Shown in pieces: positions 9,396 through 17,921 of a stretch of DNA of 64,000 bases; the first letter of the stretch is position 1; each line of letters begins with the position of its first letter. The translations under genes and the position numbers were made by a program. The stretch comes from Paludibacter sp. (GTDB lineage: Bacteria; Bacteroidota; Bacteroidia; Bacteroidales; Paludibacteraceae). The notes beneath the pieces are model-generated. The model was not told the DNA's origin. It made no database searches and was given only the letters and a program-made list of their open reading frames with translations. Location: contig JBAXMR010000008.1 in NCBI GenBank assembly GCA_037134195.1, forward strand, positions 1,141 through 65,140. The letters run 5' to 3'.

Positions 9396-12300
9396 TTAAA
9401 TCACAATTTTACGGTTAAGTAATATTCCTTCAGTGCTAATCTGAATGATATAAACGCCATGAGGATAGTTATTTAATTCTATATTTGTTTGTTTTGTAAA
9501 AGCAGTCGTTTGTAAAAGCAGTCCATTTACATTAAAAAGTTGTAATTTAAGCAGTTTTGCTTCCTTGTATTCAACAGAAAGTGAATTTGAATTGAAATAA
9601 AATGTAAAATTATCATCCTTTAAATCAATTTTGTTGGTTACAACAGATTGCAATCCCGAAAGATTCGAAGTCCATACATCATCAGTATTTGTTATTCCAT
9701 AATTTTTGCCATGTTGTCTCACCATTGTCAAATCCGGAGTAAGCTGATTGTTGTAGTAACTGTATCCATTTATTGACGTTAACACAACATTCGGTTTTGG
9801 ACATCCCGTGATAATATTGTCGTGGATAGAAATGTTAGTAAATCCACCTGCAGCTGAAATAGCCTTTGATCCATTAAAAGAAATTACTGTCAATGGAGCG
9901 GCTTGACTTTGCCCCCAACTGCTTGCTTCAAACATACACTTTGAAATCAGATTATTACTGATTTCCACATTGCTGGAACAACCGGCTTCCATCCAATAGA
10001 ACTCGGGAGCTAAAACTATACCTGCTTCCATGCTTCCTCTTACATAATTATTTTTAATGGTACCATTCGATGCTTTTACCAATATGCCACGAGAACGGTT
10101 GTAACCCACTGTGTCGTTTTCTATTTTAAAGTTATTACCTGTTCGTGCCTTTGAGTAAATTAAATCGCCAATACTCAATCCTGTGTACCAGGCTGGTATG
10201 CTAATTCTAAATCCATATATAAAAGATGTTGGACTTGACATACCACCAGTATATAACGCGATACAATTGGAAATTTCAGTGGTAGTAGGTGCAGATGTAG
10301 TTAATGTCAATGCTTTGCTGTTTCCAATAATAGTGCCGTTATTATCTACCAATACAATACTGTCGCTATTTTGCACTTTAGGGGTAGTTGAACTTGACAG
10401 CAGATACAAATAACCGTTGGCCTGATCTACATTATAAACTGGATAAAAATTACCGTTCACCGCAATACAGTCATCACTGTTATACTCCACTCTGCAATTG
10501 GTTATAGTAGGACCAACAGTGGCGTGTTTACTATGAATTCCATCGGCATTTCCGGATCTTAATCTGGGCACTGATACATTCTGGTCATCGGTTTTTCGTG
10601 TCACTTTACAACGGTTGTAGGTACTGTTTTCGCAATCTGATTCATAAAAAGAGAAACAATTGGAGCCATACATAGTTACATTATCCATGATTAGATTTTT
10701 ACTGCCAGATATATATATGCCATGTGTTTCAGTGTTGACCGGTTTTACATCGAACACTGCATAATCACCCACTGCTTCACTGTAAGGTGAAGTAGCCGAT
10801 GTTTTTGTAATTGTAAGCACATCCGAAGATTGAATGTACGTAAAACCTGAGTAAATTGTCCAATAGTTTTCCTTTAACGTCAGGGTGTTTTTATCAAAGA
10901 GTTCCAGTTTATTGGTTGAAATATCAGTCAATGGATAACCGTTGCAAATTTTCACTGTCCAAGTAAGGTGATCGGATGAAACGGCTGTTATTATACCTTG
11001 CGTAAAGCAAAGCGGATCATAATCGACACTCAGATTGGACATCTTAAAATTAGTACAATTAATAACTCTGAATGCCAGCGACTGCTTGTCACAAATTATC
11101 TCCGAACCGTTTCCTTCCACCGTTACATTGCTCAATCCGCTGAATTGGTAAGCTCCCGAAGCCAAGGTAAGTGAATAAGATCCCTTTGGTATGTTTATTG
11201 AAGAACTTCCTGATTGAGCATCCAATACCGTTCTTAAATCGTTCAATGCAGGTGTTATTGCATTTGATGCTGCACTTGAACTACTTGTGCCGTTTTGATT
11301 TGTGGCTGTAACGGTAAACGTATAACTTGTACCATTGGTTAAACCATTAACCGTAATGGGACTGGTAGTACCTGTTGCAGTTATTCCACCCGGGTTGGAA
11401 GTAACTGTATAGCCTGTAATTGCACTAATTCCAGCATTACCGGGCGCAGTAAATGAAACGGTAGCTTTTTTATTCCACCCCACTGCTGTTCCTATTGTAG
11501 GTGCAAAAGGCAAAGAAGTATCGTATTTTATAGCCACATTGGTTGCTGATGAAGCATCTACAATCCAACCGTTGGCTATCGAGGCAGTTAGAAAAGAGCC
11601 AGTTTTAGAAACGGTTGAATATGTTAATGGTATATAATCCAAATTTGACGGAGTATAATTTACTGTTGCGCTTAATGTTGAGTTTGTAAGGTCTAATTCT
11701 GAACATTGTAATTGGTCATAATCCGTACCAGCAGTTGTTTTGTTGTTCACAAGCATATTCAAACTTCCTGCAAGTGGAAACTTTGTTCCTGTGGCTGAAG
11801 GTATTAAAACCATAATACCGATTCCACTGATTTTATTTACCGTATCGTAATCACCCGGCGACAGCGTACTTCCGGCATTTGTTGAAAGAGTTGAAGCAGG
11901 GAAAGTACACGAACCATTTATTGTTGCACCGCTATTGTTATTAATTGTTACTGCATTGGCAGCATTCGTTGTACTTGATGGTATGCCATAATTAAAGTTG
12001 ATTATTCCACCCGAATTATTATCAATGGTTTGATACGTGCTTGCAGTTCCTACCGTTCCACCACTGGTAATGTTTCCTTTTGTAATGTTTATCGTCCCTG
12101 TATTCGTAAATGACCCGCCATAGCTTTTTGCATTCAGCGAAATTGCTCTGTAGCTTACATTTATATTTAGCGTTCCGCTGTTGATAAAAACATTTGGTAG
12201 GTTGCTTAACGAAAATATCCCCAGCGATGAACCAGATGTTCCGGTGTAGTTGATGGTTGTAGTGCTGTTTACTTTGTTCTCAAATTTACAATATCCTGTT

Positions 12301-13424
12301 GAACCCGTGTTAGACCCACCAAATACGGTTGGTTGTTCAAATCCAGACATTAGGAATGTTCCGTTGTTGGTAAAAGTTGAGTTTAGACCAGCAGTAGTTT
12401 CCCATATTTGAAGTGCATGCAGACTTGTTCCGGTTGTAGTGGTATAGGTGTTGATAGTTCCATTGTTAGTTATCGAAGCACTGCTCGACAAATAAAAAGC
12501 ATTATTGGCATTAATATACGCTGACAAAGTAGTACCCGCAGAAATAATAATGGCAGCATTAGTAGATGTGGCGGTAACTAAACTATAATTAACCTGAGCA
12601 CCAGAGCTACCAATTGTAAACCCACTTCCGGAAATTGTAGTTGTAGAACTGCCGCTTGCCGAAATGACTGACTTGGAAGCTCCTGCAACAATATTGACAG
12701 TACCGTTAAATATCAAACTTGCTGTACCACCCGTACCGATTACATTATTGAATCCGGCACTTGTATTGAGTGTAAGTGTTCCTTCGTTATCGAAGTAGGC
12801 GGTGGTAGCTGATGAAAAGGCAATTGCATTGTCGCTGTTTTGGGTTACGACATTCAACGTTCCATTATTGGTAAGTTTTCCTGTTCCGGCAATTGTAATG
12901 CTATTCACCGAGATTGTTGAACCTACTGCAATGACTACCGTCTTGCCTGTTGGAATTGAAACTTTGTTATTGATACCAGGAAGAACGCCACCAGTCCAGT
13001 TCGAAGCTGTAGCCCAATTGGTACTTGTACTGCCAGACCAAGTGATTGTACTTATTGTTTTAGGAGTAATGCTGTTGGATGCTGTGCTTGTAAAATCGCC
13101 ACCACCATCGCCCACAGCCCGAACGGTAAAAGTGTAAGCCGTCCCAGAAGTCAAGCCGCTGACTGTTATTCCGGTAGCTGTTCCAGTAGCCGTTACATTT
13201 CCCGGACTAGATGTCACTGTATAGTTTATTGTACCGGTTCCGCTGTAAGTTGGTACAATAAAATTCACTTTTGCTGATGTAGAACTAGCTACCGAAGCCG
13301 AAACATAAGTAGGTGCATTGGAAATTACTATTAATCCAAAAGAACTGACTGAATAACATAAGCAGAAAAAAACAAGGATAAATGTTTTAGGAGCAAAGAA
13401 AATTTGAAATGTAGAAGTTTTCAT
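9396..13424 (-). CDS. Giant T9SS cargo fusion: Fn3, stalk module, Fn3, GH110-like beta-helix enzyme, T9SS CTD (type C)
   Basis: 1342 aa. The N-terminal Fn3 (..GTAYTFTVRAVG) precedes a stalk homologous to the type-B proteins. A second Fn3 reads ..GTSYTFTVTATNQNG. From about nt 11250 downward lies an enzyme module homologous to 2510..4447 (DYDPLCFTQG, NADGIHSK-x17-SDDCIAVNG, YNRSRGILVKASNG). The CTD reads ..LQLFNVNGLLL..GVYIIQISTEGILLNRKIVI. Confidence 0.8.
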   Translation of the reverse strand: MKTSTFQIFFAPKTFILVFFCLCYSVSSFGLIVISNAPTYVSASVASSTSAKVNFIVPTYSGTGTINYTVTSSPGNVTATGTATGITVSGLTSGTAYTFTVRAVGDGGGDFTSTASNSITPKTISTITWSGSTSTNWATASNWTGGVLPGINNKVSIPTGKTVVIAVGSTISVNSITIAGTGKLTNNGTLNVVTQNSDNAIAFSSATTAYFDNEGTLTLNTSAGFNNVIGTGGTASLIFNGTVNIVAGASKSVISASGSSTTTISGSGFTIGSSGAQVNYSLVTATSTNAAIIISAGTTLSAYINANNAFYLSSSASITNNGTINTYTTTTGTSLHALQIWETTAGLNSTFTNNGTFLMSGFEQPTVFGGSNTGSTGYCKFENKVNSTTTINYTGTSGSSLGIFSLSNLPNVFINSGTLNINVSYRAISLNAKSYGGSFTNTGTINITKGNITSGGTVGTASTYQTIDNNSGGIINFNYGIPSSTTNAANAVTINNNSGATINGSCTFPASTLSTNAGSTLSPGDYDTVNKISGIGIMVLIPSATGTKFPLAGSLNMLVNNKTTAGTDYDQLQCSELDLTNSTLSATVNYTPSNLDYIPLTYSTVSKTGSFLTASIANGWIVDASSATNVAIKYDTSLPFAPTIGTAVGWNKKATVSFTAPGNAGISAITGYTVTSNPGGITATGTTSPITVNGLTNGTSYTFTVTATNQNGTSSSSAASNAITPALNDLRTVLDAQSGSSSINIPKGSYSLTLASGAYQFSGLSNVTVEGNGSEIICDKQSLAFRVINCTNFKMSNLSVDYDPLCFTQGIITAVSSDHLTWTVKICNGYPLTDISTNKLELFDKNTLTLKENYWTIYSGFTYIQSSDVLTITKTSATSPYSEAVGDYAVFDVKPVNTETHGIYISGSKNLIMDNVTMYGSNCFSFYESDCENSTYNRCKVTRKTDDQNVSVPRLRSGNADGIHSKHATVGPTITNCRVEYNSDDCIAVNGNFYPVYNVDQANGYLYLLSSSTTPKVQNSDSIVLVDNNGTIIGNSKALTLTTSAPTTTEISNCIALYTGGMSSPTSFIYGFRISIPAWYTGLSIGDLIYSKARTGNNFKIENDTVGYNRSRGILVKASNGTIKNNYVRGSMEAGIVLAPEFYWMEAGCSSNVEISNNLISKCMFEASSWGQSQAAPLTVISFNGSKAISAAGGFTNISIHDNIITGCPKPNVVLTSINGYSYYNNQLTPDLTMVRQHGKNYGITNTDDVWTSNLSGLQSVVTNKIDLKDDNFTFYFNSNSLSVEYKEAKLLKLQLFNVNGLLLQTTAFTKQTNIELNNYPHGVYIIQISTEGILLNRKIVI

Positions 13425-13451
13425 TTGATTGAATTATTTTAAAATTTATTG

Positions 13452-13517
13452 CAAAGGTATTTCTATATGCTTTATTATATAATCTCAAAACGCTCAAATA
13501 ACTTCATGTTTGTAACA
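13452..13517 (-). promoter_or_regulatory. 66-bp conserved promoter module, copy 2 (upstream of 9396..13424)
   Basis: The minus strand reads TGTTACAAAC, N7, TATTTGAG CGT TTTGAGATTAT, N19, TACCTTTG. Spacing is identical to copy 1. Confidence 0.65.
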
Positions 13518-13583
13518 GAAAGCTATTTGAAAATTGAAATTGATAGTTGAAATCCTGCCAAACCGTACAAAATGTAACATTTT

Positions 13584-13622
13584 TGCAAAAAAAATAACGG
13601 ATAGTGAATTTCACTACCCGTT
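13584..13622 (-). terminator. Rho-independent terminator after 13650..15830
   Basis: The minus strand has a 13-bp stem AACGGGTAGTGAA / TTCACTATCCGTT with one G-T pair. It is followed by ATTTTTTTTGC. Confidence 0.7.
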
Positions 13623-13649
13623 ACGAGCCGCTATCTGTTATTTATTCAA

Positions 13650-15830
13650 TTAGTTAACTAACACTTTCTGAACTTTTATACCTTGAGCCGTTTCGAGTTT
13701 TATTAAATATATTCCTTTGCTTTTCATTTCAATGTTTCGATTCGATGTCTTTTCGGAAAGAACCAAACCTCCAACACTATTGAATACATTTACCATGCCA
13801 ATTGCTCCATGTAAATTGAGTGTACGTCCTTCAACTGTAATCATTATTTTATCAGCACTTTGATTTACAATAGCAGTATTTACACTTGGTGTAACTGAGT
13901 TAGAAGCAGCACTTGCCACACTTGTTCCTCTGATGTTTGTCGCAGTTACAGTGAAAGTATAAGCAGTTTCATTAGTTAGCCCTGTTACTACAATAGGACT
14001 TGCTGTGCCTGTAGCAGTTATACCATCGTTGGATGTAACTGTATATAATGTAATATCAGCACCACCATCACTCGCTGGTGCGGAAAAAGCCACAGAAGCC
14101 TGAGCATTGCCTGTAGTTGCTACTACCGATGTAGCCATACTTGGTACAGATGGATAATATTTTGCTGCTTCGTTGGTAGTGGTTGATTCATATAGCCAAC
14201 CTCTTGGCATAGAAGTACTGCTAAATGGACCGGTTTTGGAAGTTCCTGAATAAATTAGTACCAGATAATCGTTTACAGCAGGGGTATATGAAGTGTAATC
14301 CGCTGTAACGGTCAATGTAGCGTTGGTTACATCAAGTTCGGTACACGAAATTTTATCGAAATCTGTTCCAGGGGTTGTTTTTCCTTTAATTTGCATCAAT
14401 ACGCTACCAGAAAGAGGAAATTTAGTTCCTGCAACAGATGGTTTTAAAACGATTGTTCCAATACCGCTTACGCCAGCTGTATAATCTCCGGGTGAAAGTG
14501 TGCTTCCCACTGCTGTAACCAACGTATATTGAGGAAAAGTACATGAGCCATTGATAGTTGCACCGCTATTGTTGTTTATGATCACTCTATCTGTCGCTAC
14601 AGAAGTTCCTGCAGAAACACCATAGTTAAAGTTAATAACACCTCCAGAATTATTGTCGATGGCTTGATAAGTAGTTGAAGTGCCTAATGTACCACCACAC
14701 TGAATACTCCCTTTTGTTATGTTGATAGTTCCTGTATTGGTAAATGAACCACCATAGGTTTTTGCAGATAAAGCAATTGCTCTATAGCTAGCATTTAAAT
14801 TCATCGTACCACTATTGATAAAGATATTCGGCAAATTTCCTGCGGAGGATATTCCAATTGTACCTGATGATGTACCTGATGATATACCCGGATAGGTAGA
14901 AGTTACAATTCCTGTTGATTTATTTTCGAATTTACTATAAGAAGTGCCACCAGATCCACTAAACGAAGTGGGTTGTTCAAAACCCGACATCAATAATGTA
15001 CCATAATTTGTAAAAGTAGCAACATATCCATTAGCGGATGTTTGCCAAACACTTATAGCACGAGGATTTGTTCCTGTATCTTTAGTATAGATATTTAATG
15101 TTCCGTTATTGATTATTGAAACTGAGCTAGCCAAATAAAAACCAACCTTCCCTGTTGAACTACCAATATATAAATTTATAGTAGTATTGGTATCAATGGT
15201 AATAGTAGCCCCAGTAGAGGTTATAGAAAATGGTATAAATGTCGCTCCGATAGTTGAACTTCCAATTGTAAACCCAGTTCCACTTATTGTTGTAGAAGAG
15301 CTACCACCTGCAGCAAATACATTATTACTTCCTGCTTTAGCAGCTAAGTTATTTGTTCCATTAAAAGTTAGTGTATTGCCTGTTCCATTAAGACTTATGG
15401 CATTAGAAACTGAAGTTTGATTGGCTGAAGTAATTGTCAATGTACCTTCATTATCAAAAGTATTTGTACCTGAGATGGTAAGTGCTGAACCAGTTGTAGC
15501 ACCTGCTGTATTTAATCCAGGGGCAATTGTCAGTGTTCCATTGTTGGTCAAACTTGCACCTGCATTTAGTGTTATTTTTTCCACGCTCACAGTAGTTCCA
15601 TTTGCAATTACTACAGATTTACTCGTGGCAATAACTACCACATCGGCCGAAGTTGGAACTGTTCCTAAATCCCAATTTGTGGCTGTTGCCCAATCTGTAT
15701 CCGTTGTGCCATTAAACGTAACAGTTACTGCATAAGCTTCCACAGTAAAGAACATACAACAAAGAAATAATGCAAATTGCCTAATTGAAGACGATAAGCA
15801 AGAAGTTAAAGTAGAATTTTGATTGTTCAT
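13650..15830 (-). CDS. T9SS cargo: stalk module, Fn3, T9SS CTD (type B-prime, no extra domain)
   Basis: 726 aa. The stalk and Fn3 are close to 5652..9212. One shared block is identical or nearly so: GPFSSTSMPRGWLYESTTTNEAAKYYPSVP. The CTD reads ..MVNVFNSVGGLV..GIYLIKLETAQGIKVQKVLVN. Confidence 0.8.
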   Translation of the reverse strand: MNNQNSTLTSCLSSSIRQFALFLCCMFFTVEAYAVTVTFNGTTDTDWATATNWDLGTVPTSADVVVIATSKSVVIANGTTVSVEKITLNAGASLTNNGTLTIAPGLNTAGATTGSALTISGTNTFDNEGTLTITSANQTSVSNAISLNGTGNTLTFNGTNNLAAKAGSNNVFAAGGSSSTTISGTGFTIGSSTIGATFIPFSITSTGATITIDTNTTINLYIGSSTGKVGFYLASSVSIINNGTLNIYTKDTGTNPRAISVWQTSANGYVATFTNYGTLLMSGFEQPTSFSGSGGTSYSKFENKSTGIVTSTYPGISSGTSSGTIGISSAGNLPNIFINSGTMNLNASYRAIALSAKTYGGSFTNTGTINITKGSIQCGGTLGTSTTYQAIDNNSGGVINFNYGVSAGTSVATDRVIINNNSGATINGSCTFPQYTLVTAVGSTLSPGDYTAGVSGIGTIVLKPSVAGTKFPLSGSVLMQIKGKTTPGTDFDKISCTELDVTNATLTVTADYTSYTPAVNDYLVLIYSGTSKTGPFSSTSMPRGWLYESTTTNEAAKYYPSVPSMATSVVATTGNAQASVAFSAPASDGGADITLYTVTSNDGITATGTASPIVVTGLTNETAYTFTVTATNIRGTSVASAASNSVTPSVNTAIVNQSADKIMITVEGRTLNLHGAIGMVNVFNSVGGLVLSEKTSNRNIEMKSKGIYLIKLETAQGIKVQKVLVN

Positions 15831-15872
15831 AAAATTGAATTTTAGAAGATGAATAATAGATTTATTTAGATA

Positions 15873-17816
15873 TTATGGTAAAATTATTTTTCTTGAATAC
15901 GTTGATTGATTGTATTTTAAAGAAACTATATAGACTCCTTTATTAAATTGAGAAAGGTTTGTTTTATCAGTGTTTGAAATCTTTTTGTTGAGTAACATTC
16001 TGCCAGGCAGGTCAAAAATAAAGAGTTGAGCAGTTTCCCCATCTTCCATACCAATTATTGATATATTGCCATTCTTATCAATTGAAATTAAGTTTTCAGG
16101 ATTTAATTTAGTTTCGTGAACATCGGTATTTATAGACGTAAAATTTACAACATTTATTTTCCAGAAGTCTTTCGTATTTAACACTCCCAAACTACTTCCA
16201 TGTGTACGAATCATTGTCAGGTCAGTCGTGGTGGTGTTATTGTAATAATTTACTCCATCAATAGAAGTAAGCACCACACATGGGCGAGGGCAACCATCGA
16301 TTACATTATCGTGAATATTGTAATTTTTCAGGCCACCAGCGGGTGAAAAACCACCTTGTGGAGCTGAAGATACTACCACTAATGCACCAGCCTGTGATTG
16401 TCCGGTCATGCTGGCATTATACATACAATTCCGAATGGTATTGTTGCTAATTTCTATATTGCTGGGACATCCTGCTTCCATCCAATAAAACTCGGGTGCA
16501 ACGGCAATTCCACTCATGGCACTACCTACAACGGTATTTCCAGAAATAATTCCATTCGATGATTTTATTAAAATTGCCCTTGAACGGTTATGACCTACCT
16601 GATTGTTGATGACTTTAAATCCGGCACCACTTCTGTTCATAGAGTAGAAAATATCCGAAATCGCCATTCCGGCAATCCAATTATCGATGGTTACTACAAA
16701 GCCGTTTGCAAACTGATTCCTCTGATTACCAAGCTTGGCATAACAGGTTGTTAACTGAGCTGTAGTTGGTGCTGTTAATGCTGCTGAAATTGATTTTGCC
16801 ACTCCTTTCCCCCGTATTGAACCATCATTATTTACACAAACGATGCTGTCGCCCACACTTATTTTAAAATCACTCAGATTGCTTGATGAACAAAGCATAT
16901 AAATACTTTTACTTGTGGCATTTATGTCATATACCGGATAAAAATTTCCATTTACAGCGATACAATCATCTCCATTATATTCAACTTTACATTCTTCGAT
17001 AATGGGACCAATTTTAGCAAATTTGCTATGAATTCCATCGGCACTACCGGCACGTAAACGCTGAATGGTATATTTAGAATCGTATGGTTTTCTGGTCACA
17101 CCGCAACGGTAGTAATGCGTTTTTTCACAGTCGTATTCGTAAAATGAAAAACAGTTTGAATCATACATGGTAATACTATCCAACGACATATTCTTGCAAG
17201 CATTCAGTATAATGCCGTGTGCGGGTATATTTGTACCGGTAGCAGCCACATCCAATACCACGTAATCTCCTAGTTGAACCACACTGTTTTTGTCGGACAT
17301 GCCGGTTAGTCGAAACGTTCTTGTACCAGTTTTAGAAACCGTTATACCATAAATATCACCAAAATTCTTTACTAATTCTAAAGTTGATTGCCCGAATACC
17401 TGAACTTTAGTCCCTTCTAAGCTGTCAACCGGATACCCATCATGAATGGTAATATCCCATGTTTTTTTATCTGATGATATGGCATTAATGGTTCCTTGGG
17501 TGCAACATGGAGGATCGTATTCGATATAAAAATTATTGAACACTACATTTTCACAACTTGTAAATGAAAAACATTGTTTTTGCCTGTTACATATAATTGT
17601 AGAACCATTACCGTTAATGGTCACATTTTTTTTATTGATAAACGAATATGCGCCGCTGGATATTAAATCAAGCGTGTAAGTACCTTTAGGAACATCAATT
17701 ACCGAGTTGCTGCTCTGATTATTCAGAACAGTGCGTAAATCGGGATATGTCGCTCCATATAAAATAGAAACTACAAGTACATTTAGAAACAGTAAAATTG
17801 TTTTTTTGATTTTCAT
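15873..17816 (-). CDS. Secreted GH110-like beta-helix enzyme with T9SS CTD (copy A-prime)
   Basis: 647 aa, near-duplicate of 2510..4447 with the same motifs. It lies 42 bp upstream of 13650..15830 on the same strand, so the two are probably co-transcribed. Confidence 0.8.
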   Translation of the reverse strand: MKIKKTILLFLNVLVVSILYGATYPDLRTVLNNQSSNSVIDVPKGTYTLDLISSGAYSFINKKNVTINGNGSTIICNRQKQCFSFTSCENVVFNNFYIEYDPPCCTQGTINAISSDKKTWDITIHDGYPVDSLEGTKVQVFGQSTLELVKNFGDIYGITVSKTGTRTFRLTGMSDKNSVVQLGDYVVLDVAATGTNIPAHGIILNACKNMSLDSITMYDSNCFSFYEYDCEKTHYYRCGVTRKPYDSKYTIQRLRAGSADGIHSKFAKIGPIIEECKVEYNGDDCIAVNGNFYPVYDINATSKSIYMLCSSSNLSDFKISVGDSIVCVNNDGSIRGKGVAKSISAALTAPTTAQLTTCYAKLGNQRNQFANGFVVTIDNWIAGMAISDIFYSMNRSGAGFKVINNQVGHNRSRAILIKSSNGIISGNTVVGSAMSGIAVAPEFYWMEAGCPSNIEISNNTIRNCMYNASMTGQSQAGALVVVSSAPQGGFSPAGGLKNYNIHDNVIDGCPRPCVVLTSIDGVNYYNNTTTTDLTMIRTHGSSLGVLNTKDFWKINVVNFTSINTDVHETKLNPENLISIDKNGNISIIGMEDGETAQLFIFDLPGRMLLNKKISNTDKTNLSQFNKGVYIVSLKYNQSTYSRKIILP

Positions 17817-17854
17817 TTTGAATTTAGATTATAGGATTTTTCCTAAAATAGTTT

Positions 17855-17901
17855 CAATATCCTTTATTGCCAATACATTGGAAGGCAATAGAAGGATATT
17901 G
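17855..17901 (-). terminator. Candidate terminator (nested hairpin) after 17922..19706
   Basis: An outer stem CAATATCCTT (17855-17864) pairs with AAGGATATTG (17892-17901). An inner stem ATTGCC (17866-17871) pairs with GGCAAT (17884-17889). Confidence 0.5.
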
Positions 17902-17921
17902 ATGTTGCTTTATTCTGTCAA

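Noticed and set aside
6358-15735. Many plus-strand ORFs of 60-111 aa inside the giant minus-strand genes (6358-6561, 7063-7347, 8275-8514, 8563-8772, 8893-9108, 10183-10413, 12802-13137, 15187-15420, 15421-15735).
   Set aside because: They are antisense shadows of Thr/Gly/Ser/Asn-rich repeat coding sequence. Their translations are monotonous Val/Pro/Ala strings and they lie entirely within well-supported long genes.
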